A stretch of DNA of 64,000 bases from Pseudolabrys sp. (lineage in GTDB: Bacteria; Pseudomonadota; Alphaproteobacteria; Rhizobiales; Xanthobacteraceae). The stretch covers positions 78 to 64,077 of the forward strand of contig DATISB010000011.1 of the NCBI GenBank assembly GCA_035469145.1, given 5' to 3'. The notes below the pieces were generated by a model that made no database searches, had not been told where the DNA came from, and saw only the letters and a program-made list of their open reading frames with translations. Positions within the stretch are counted from its first letter, which is position 1. Every line of letters begins with the position of its first letter. Of this stretch, positions 58,078 through 64,000 are shown piece after piece. The position numbers and the translations under genes are program-made.

Positions 58078-58452
58078 TTATTTCTTCTTCAAAAACGCGG
58101 CGCAAAACTTCGCTTCGAAGGCCCGGTAATCGTTGGTGATCTCCGTGCCTTTGCGGATATTGCGGCGGGCGATGACATAGCCATTGTGGAAGTAGGTGTT
58201 CGGATTTTCCGAATGGTTCATGAAGGTATCGTTGTCCATCGATAATAGGATTTCCTTACCCCACTGATAGCCGTGCAATTTGATGTGTTCCCTGGCGGGC
58301 TTCGGCAACTTGGCTAAGTTCTTGCGCGAATAATAACGGTCGAAGCCGATGACGAAGCGCCAAATCTTGGTGTCCTTGCGGATCGATTCGCCGGCAAAGA
58401 CTCCGATTCCGTGGATCGGGCTTTTATCGAGATAGGTCTTGACCAGGAGCAT
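58078..58452 (-). CDS. Stand-alone SET domain protein
   Basis: SPIHGIGVFA, FMNHSENPN, ARRNIRKGTEITNDY. Confidence 0.88.
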   Translation of the reverse strand: MLLVKTYLDKSPIHGIGVFAGESIRKDTKIWRFVIGFDRYYSRKNLAKLPKPAREHIKLHGYQWGKEILLSMDNDTFMNHSENPNTYFHNGYVIARRNIRKGTEITNDYRAFEAKFCAAFLKKK

Positions 58453-58478
58453 GATGGACGAGGCGAGGGTGGCTAGTC

Positions 58479-59027
58479 TTACGGCAGCTTGTCGTAGCCC
58501 TCGCCGAAGCCGGCGAGACTCATCGGGAAGCCGATGCCTTCCTCCGGTGTCTGGAAGATGATGAAGGTTGCGGTCTTGCCGGTGTGCAGCTTGGCGATCA
58601 GCGCGTCGTCCATGACCACCTCGGCGATGCAGCCGTTGGGCAGGCAGCGCACGAAGCCGGCGCGTCCGACGTCGGTTTGGTCGATTTTGAGCCCCAGGCC
58701 GGACGGCAGCAGCACGCCGAGCGGCGCCACCACCCGCATCAGCCGGCTCTTCAGGTCGGCGGTTTTGAGCACGATCACGGTCAGGCCGACATTAGCGCGG
58801 TCTTCCGCGGTGACGCTCTGGATCAGGGCGCATTGTTCGCTCTTTGCGCCGGGCGGCGTATCGCAGCGAATCTGCCAGTCCTTGTGCACTGACTTGACCG
58901 CGCCCTGGGCGGCGGCCCGCTCCATGGGGACGCTCGCCAGCGCCACGACCAGCGCCAGTGGCGCGAGCCAAACCTGCAGCCTTGCCCGGTCTCGAAACGC
59001 GTGCCTGTCATGCCCGGAAATGCCCAT
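58479..59027 (-). CDS. ialB: Invasion-associated locus B family protein
   Basis: Signal peptide, DWQIRC...C, PLGVLLPSG, RCLPNGCIA, SLAGF. Confidence 0.85.
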   Translation of the reverse strand: MGISGHDRHAFRDRARLQVWLAPLALVVALASVPMERAAAQGAVKSVHKDWQIRCDTPPGAKSEQCALIQSVTAEDRANVGLTVIVLKTADLKSRLMRVVAPLGVLLPSGLGLKIDQTDVGRAGFVRCLPNGCIAEVVMDDALIAKLHTGKTATFIIFQTPEEGIGFPMSLAGFGEGYDKLP

Positions 59028-59451
59028 CGTTCAATCCCTTGGCACGCGCCACCCCGCTTGCCTAACTGCGGGCGAATCGCTGCCCGGTACGCATTTTATT
59101 CGTTCCCGTTGGCTCATGCCCGGCCGGTCCTGTCAAGCAAGGGACCGCAAGCCGACAACGTCCGCGGTGCCCTCATCCAAGCCGTTTGGCCGTGGCTTAA
59201 ATACGGCGTCCAAACACATTTGGGGGCAAGCCGTTTGTCGCACGGAACCGGCGATAAGGCGCATTGCGGTAGGGTCAGAATTATGGTTTGAGAGACCGGG
59301 ATTTTCCCCCGTCCCGCCGCACTGCAAAAGCTGCCGCGCCCGTGGCAAAACGCTGTGCTCCGCGGGGCCGAGCCGACATCTTGTCTGCGGTGGGCGGCAA
59401 AAAGGGGCCTGGGTTAAGGCCGAATTTCTCGTCGAGGGAGCGCAAAGAACA

Positions 59452-60297
59452 ATGCTGGTGCTCAAGCGGTTGATTGCATTCGTGGTCACAGGCGTGACTG
59501 TTATCGCTGCCGGCGGCGTCGCATGGGCTGGCCTCGGCCAGCCCACCCCATGGGAACTCGGGCTGCAAACGTCGGCGACCCCGGTGATGGACGATATCGT
59601 CTGGTTCCACGACTTGCTGCTCTGGCTGACCGTCGCGATTGCCGTGTTCGTGCTGGTCCTGCTGTTGATCGTGGTCGTGAAATTCAACGCGCGCGCCAAC
59701 CCTGTGCCGTCGCGCACCACGCACAACACCGCCATCGAGATCATCTGGACCGTGGTGCCGGTGCTGATCCTGGTGACGATCGCGGTGCCGTCGTTCCGCC
59801 TGCTGTTCTATCAATTGAAGGTCCCGCCGGCCGAAGTGACGGTGAAAGTCACAGGCAAGCAGTGGTTCTGGAGCTACAGCTATCCGGATTCGAAGTTCGA
59901 ATTTGACTCGCTGATGCTGCAGGACAAGGACCGTAAAGTCGGTCAACCGCGGCTGCTGGCGGTCGACAACGAAATGGTGGTGCCGGTCAACAAAGTGGTG
60001 CGCGTGCAGGTCATCGGCGCCGATGTCATTCACTCGTTCTCGGTGCCGTCGTTCGGCATCAAGATCGACGCCATCCCCGGCCGTCTCAACGAGACCTGGT
60101 TCAAGGCGGAACGCGAAGGCATGTACTACGGACAGTGCTCGCAGCTTTGCGGCCGCGATCACGCGTTCATGCCGATCGCCGTGCACGTCGTGAGCGAGAA
60201 GGAATATACCGCTTGGCTTGAGCAGGCGAAGAAGAAATACGCCACCGACAATATCGCCCCACCGAATGCAGTCGCCGCGGCCGGCGGTTCGAACTGA
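59452..60297 (+). CDS. coxB: Cytochrome c oxidase subunit II
   Basis: [20 protein letters not shown], CuA motif [12 protein letters not shown]. Confidence 0.95.
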   Translation: MLVLKRLIAFVVTGVTVIAAGGVAWAGLGQPTPWELGLQTSATPVMDDIVWFHDLLLWLTVAIAVFVLVLLLIVVVKFNARANPVPSRTTHNTAIEIIWTVVPVLILVTIAVPSFRLLFYQLKVPPAEVTVKVTGKQWFWSYSYPDSKFEFDSLMLQDKDRKVGQPRLLAVDNEMVVPVNKVVRVQVIGADVIHSFSVPSFGIKIDAIPGRLNETWFKAEREGMYYGQCSQLCGRDHAFMPIAVHVVSEKEYTAWLEQAKKKYATDNIAPPNAVAAAGGSN

Positions 60298-60322
60298 CGA
60301 CAAAGGTCGAAGGACAATAACG

Positions 60323-61933
60323 ATGGCTAGCAATGCGGCTGCGCTCGACGCCCATGATGCCCACGATCACCATCCCACCGGATGGCGCCGGTTCGTCTAT
60401 TCGACGAACCACAAAGACATCGGCACCATGTACCTGACCTTCGCGCTGGTCGCCGGCATTATCGGCGGCCTGTTGTCGATCGCCATCCGGCTCGAATTGC
60501 AAAACCCCGGCCTGCAGATCTTCCCGACCCCGCACGAATACAACGTGTTCGCCACCGCGCACGGCCTGATCATGATCTTCTTCATGGTGATGCCGGCGAT
60601 GATCGGCGGCTTCGGCAACTGGTTCGTGCCGATCATGATCGGGGCGCCCGACATGGCGTTCCCGCGCATGAACAATATCTCATTCTGGCTGCTGCCGGCC
60701 TCGTTCGCGCTGCTGCTCTGCTCGATGTTCGTCGAAGGCGAACCCGGCGCGCTCGGCGCCGGAACCGGCTGGACGATCTACGCGCCGCTGTCGACCAGCG
60801 GTCATCCGGGCCCGGCGATGGATTTCGTCATCCTGTCGGTCCATCTCGCGGGCGCCTCGTCGATCCTGGGCGCCATCAATTTCATCACCACCATTTTCAA
60901 CATGCGCGCGCCCGGCATGACCATGCACAAGATGCCGCTGTTCGTGTGGGCGCAATTGGTCACCGTGTTCCTGCTGCTGCTGGCGCTGCCGGTGCTGGCC
61001 GGCGCCATCACCATGCTGCTGACCGACCGCAATTTCGGCACCACCTTTTTCTCGCCGGAAGGCGGCGGCGATCCGCTGCTGTTCCAGCATCTGTTCTGGT
61101 TCTTCGGCCACCCGGAAGTCTACATCCTGATTCTGCCGGGCTTCGGGGTCATTAGCCAGATCGTCGCGACGTTCTCGAAGAAGCCGGTGTTCGGTTATCT
61201 CGGCATGGCCTACGCGATGGTCTCGATTGGCGCCATCGGCTTCGTGGTGTGGGCGCATCACATGTACACAGTCGGCATGTCGACCGGAGCGCAGGCCTAT
61301 TTCATCGCGGCCACCATGGTAATCGCGGTGCCGACCGGGATTAAGATATTCTCCTGGATTGCCACCATGTGGGGCGGTTCGATCGAGTTCCGCACACCGA
61401 TGCTGTGGGCGCTCGGCTTCATCTTCCTGTTCACGGTCGGCGGCGTGACCGGGGTTGTGCTGGCCAATGCCGGCGTTGATCGCGTGCTGCACGACACCTA
61501 TTACGTCATTGCACACTTTCACTACACCATGTCGCTCGGCGCCGTGTTCGGGATTTTCGCGGCTTGGTACTACTGGTTCCCGAAAATGAGCGGTTACATG
61601 TACAATGAGACCATCGGCAAGGTGCACTTCTGGATCACCTTCATCGGCGTCAACATCCTGTTCTTCCCGCAGCACTTCCTCGGGCTGGCCGGGATGCCGC
61701 GCCGCACCGTCGATTATCCGGATGCCTTCCACGGCTGGAACCAGGTGTCGTCGTACGGTTCTTACATCGCGGGATTTGGCGCTCTGGTGTTCTTCTATGG
61801 TGTGGCGGAAGCCTTCATGAAAAAGCGTGCAGCCGGCAACAATCCGTGGGGCCTCGGGGCCACCACGCTGGAATGGACGCTGTCCTCGCCGCCGCCGTTC
61901 CATCAGTTCGAGACGCTGCCGCGGATTAAATAG
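60323..61933 (+). CDS. ctaD: Cytochrome c oxidase subunit I (A1-type)
   Basis: [44 protein letters not shown]. Confidence 0.97.
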   Translation: MASNAAALDAHDAHDHHPTGWRRFVYSTNHKDIGTMYLTFALVAGIIGGLLSIAIRLELQNPGLQIFPTPHEYNVFATAHGLIMIFFMVMPAMIGGFGNWFVPIMIGAPDMAFPRMNNISFWLLPASFALLLCSMFVEGEPGALGAGTGWTIYAPLSTSGHPGPAMDFVILSVHLAGASSILGAINFITTIFNMRAPGMTMHKMPLFVWAQLVTVFLLLLALPVLAGAITMLLTDRNFGTTFFSPEGGGDPLLFQHLFWFFGHPEVYILILPGFGVISQIVATFSKKPVFGYLGMAYAMVSIGAIGFVVWAHHMYTVGMSTGAQAYFIAATMVIAVPTGIKIFSWIATMWGGSIEFRTPMLWALGFIFLFTVGGVTGVVLANAGVDRVLHDTYYVIAHFHYTMSLGAVFGIFAAWYYWFPKMSGYMYNETIGKVHFWITFIGVNILFFPQHFLGLAGMPRRTVDYPDAFHGWNQVSSYGSYIAGFGALVFFYGVAEAFMKKRAAGNNPWGLGATTLEWTLSSPPPFHQFETLPRIK

Positions 61934-61949
61934 GAATTCGGCTTAACCC

Positions 61950-62909
61950 ATGTCACTTGTCAGCGAAGGCGCAGACTTCCGCGGTCCGCTCACCGCCGGG
62001 GCCAGGTTCGCTGAGCCCAGCTTGGCGAGTGTCGGCGACTATATCGCGCTGATGAAACCGCGCGTGATGTCGTTGGTGGTGTTCACCGCGCTGGTCGGCC
62101 TGGCGGTCGCGCCCGGCTCGTTGCATCCGCTGATCGGGTTCACGGCGCTGCTCTGCATTGCGGTTGGCGCGGGCGCCGCCGGCGCGCTCAACATGTGGTA
62201 CGACGCCGACATCGACGCGATCATGACGCGCACGCAGCGCCGTCCGGTACCGATGGGCCGCGTGCAGCCGGGCGAGGCGCTGGCTTTCGGGCTGACGCTC
62301 GCGAGCTTCGCGGTGGTGGTGCTCGGCCTGCTGGTGAACGTGCTCGCCTCCGCGCTGCTCGCCTTCACCATCTTGTTCTATGTCGTGATCTATACGGTCT
62401 GGCTCAAACGATCGACCCCGCAGAACATCGTGATCGGCGGCGCCGCCGGCGCCTTCCCGCCGATGATCGGCTGGGCGGCGGCGACCGGCTCGCTGTCGCT
62501 CGAGCCGGTGCTGCTGTTCATGATCATCTTCTTCTGGACGCCGCCGCATTTCTGGGCGCTGGCGCTCACCCGCACCGAGGATTACGCCCGCGCCGGCATT
62601 CCGATGCTGCCGGTGGTGGCCGGCGACGCCACCACGCGGCGCCACATCCTGCTCCATACGCTCATCCTGGTACCGCTCGGCATCGCACCCTGGGCGCTTG
62701 GCTATGCCGGCGCGCTCTACGGGCTGACCGCAGTCGGCTCCGGCGCGATCATGCTGGCGCTGGCCTGGCAGGTTTTCCGGGAGCGCCGCCCGACTGCGCG
62801 CGCCAGCAAGCAGCTTTTTGCGTTCTCGATCCTGTACCTGTTCCTGTTGTTTGCCGTGCTGCTGATCGAGCGGGGATGGGGCGGGCTGATGGCCCGTTTG
62901 GCGGTGTGA
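61950..62909 (+). CDS. ctaB: Protoheme IX farnesyltransferase (heme o synthase)
   Basis: [31 protein letters not shown]. Confidence 0.95.
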   Translation: MSLVSEGADFRGPLTAGARFAEPSLASVGDYIALMKPRVMSLVVFTALVGLAVAPGSLHPLIGFTALLCIAVGAGAAGALNMWYDADIDAIMTRTQRRPVPMGRVQPGEALAFGLTLASFAVVVLGLLVNVLASALLAFTILFYVVIYTVWLKRSTPQNIVIGGAAGAFPPMIGWAAATGSLSLEPVLLFMIIFFWTPPHFWALALTRTEDYARAGIPMLPVVAGDATTRRHILLHTLILVPLGIAPWALGYAGALYGLTAVGSGAIMLALAWQVFRERRPTARASKQLFAFSILYLFLLFAVLLIERGWGGLMARLAV

Positions 62910-62923
62910 TTGTCGGGGTCGCG

Positions 62924-63088
62924 ATGAACGAGCAACCGAAGGACGAGGGCATCGTGCTCACCGAGGCGCAAAAACGTGCCCGGCGTTCGCGCTCGATCGC
63001 CATCGCTTTGTCGCTGGCCGCGCTGGTGATCCTGTTTTACCTGGTGACCCTGGCGAAGGGCCCGATCATACTGGTCCGCCCGCTATGA
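62924..63088 (+). CDS. CoxF-like small membrane protein
   Basis: [18 protein letters not shown] plus one TM helix, between ctaB and ctaG; overlaps the ctaG start (ATGA). Confidence 0.75.
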   Translation: MNEQPKDEGIVLTEAQKRARRSRSIAIALSLAALVILFYLVTLAKGPIILVRPL

Positions 63089-63693
63089 CGAACGAACTGA
63101 TGCCGCGCGCCGGAAAGAGGCCGCTACAGCGCGACATGATGATCGCCGCCTGCTGCGGCGTCTTCGCGGCGTCCATGGTGGGCGCGGCCTACGCGGCGGT
63201 GCCGCTGTACAACTGGTTCTGCCGCACCACCGGCTTCGCCGGCACCACTCAGGTTTCGCAACAAGCGCCCGAGCATGTGCTCGGCCGCACGATTACCATC
63301 CGCTTCGATTCCAACGTAGCGCCCGGGCTGCCGTGGAAATTCGAGCCGGAGCAGAACCAGATCAAGTTGCGCATCGGAGAGGTGGCGACCGTCCATTACA
63401 AGGTCGTCAATAAAGCCGCGCGCACCATCTCCGCGCAGGCGTCCTACAACGTCACGCCGCCGCAGGTTGGCGCCTATTTCGACAAGATCAATTGCTTCTG
63501 CTTCACCGAGCAGCGCCTGAAGCCGGGCGAGACGCGCGAGATGACGGTGGTGTTCTACGTCGATCCGGCGATCGCCAAGGACCACGACCAGGACACGCTC
63601 AATTCGATCACGCTGTCCTATACGTTCTATCGGCTGCCCGAACCGGAGCAGCCGGTGGCCGAGACGCCGGACAAGAATTCGAACAGACTTTAA
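63085..63693 (+). CDS. ctaG: Cytochrome c oxidase assembly protein CtaG/Cox11
   Basis: [10 protein letters not shown]...TG, KINCFCF copper motif, ITLSYTF. Confidence 0.95.
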   Translation: MTNELMPRAGKRPLQRDMMIAACCGVFAASMVGAAYAAVPLYNWFCRTTGFAGTTQVSQQAPEHVLGRTITIRFDSNVAPGLPWKFEPEQNQIKLRIGEVATVHYKVVNKAARTISAQASYNVTPPQVGAYFDKINCFCFTEQRLKPGETREMTVVFYVDPAIAKDHDQDTLNSITLSYTFYRLPEPEQPVAETPDKNSNRL

Positions 63694-63704
63694 CGGAGAC
63701 GACG

Positions 63705-64000
63705 ATGGCCCAGGGTCACACCAATCATCACGACTACCACCTGGTGAATCCGAGCCCCTGGCCGGCGGTCGGCGCCACCTCTGCTTTTCTGATGGCGTTC
63801 GGCGGGATTGCCTGGCTGCATCATATGTTCTCCGCGGCGCCGCTGGTGTTCGGGTTCGGCGTGCTCGGCACGATCTACACCTTCATCGGCTGGTGGCGCG
63901 ACGTGGTGCGCGAAGCGCAATATGAGGGCTTCCATACCCGCGTGGTGCAGATTTCGCACCGCTACGGCATGATCCTGTTCATCGCCTCCGAGGTGATGTT
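63705..64000 (+). CDS. ctaE: Cytochrome c oxidase subunit III (runs off the window)
   Basis: Hand translation MAQGHTNHHDYHLVNPSPWP...WWRDV...HT...YGMILFIASEVM. Confidence 0.93.
   Translation, partial: MAQGHTNHHDYHLVNPSPWPAVGATSAFLMAFGGIAWLHHMFSAAPLVFGFGVLGTIYTFIGWWRDVVREAQYEGFHTRVVQISHRYGMILFIASEVM

Noticed and set aside
59200-59400. RegR/PrrA boxes upstream of coxB
   Set aside because: Only degenerate GC-rich matches, indistinguishable from background by eye.
58534-59451. Apparent 306-aa N-terminal extension of CoxB
   Set aside because: It is antisense to ialB plus intergenic DNA. The real start at 59452 has an RBS-like GAGGGAG and a signal-like N-terminus.
1-64000. Many long overlapping or antisense ORFs (e.g. 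31865-33628 -, 37096-38895 +, 38222-39793 -, 52763-54250 +)
   Set aside because: Shadow frames of high-GC genes: Arg/Ala/Pro-rich, with no motifs, overlapping well-supported CDSs.

Overview
High-GC chromosomal window from an alphaproteobacterium (gene content and order fit Hyphomicrobiales, e.g. Xanthobacteraceae/Nitrobacteraceae-like; inference). It is mostly core housekeeping and metabolism: dsbB, macAB, alkA, gluQ, an ethylmalonyl-CoA pathway cluster (ecm, ccr, mcd), class I lysS, pyrD, podJ, feoAB, beta-oxidation genes, gshA, lepB, tldD, ialB and the start of the aa3 cytochrome oxidase operon. I found no rRNA, tRNA, CRISPR, integrase or transposase. Most notable: (1) an arsR-grxB-arsC-acr3 operon with a translationally coupled glutaredoxin 2, directly upstream of gshA; (2) a class-3 lipase gene bracketed by a duplication of the 3' end of an acyl-CoA dehydrogenase gene; (3) three C-rich-loop hairpins after a DUF1127 gene (candidate cuckoo-like sRNA); (4) a shared TGC-N3-GCA palindrome upstream of all three ethylmalonyl-CoA genes; (5) a modular palindromic repeat family that supplies stop codons; (6) two decayed pseudogenes; (7) an uncharacterised dehydrogenase-cupin-hydratase operon; (8) a Glu-to-Gln change in the CoxB CuA motif. 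All calls come from reading motifs by eye; no database search was run.
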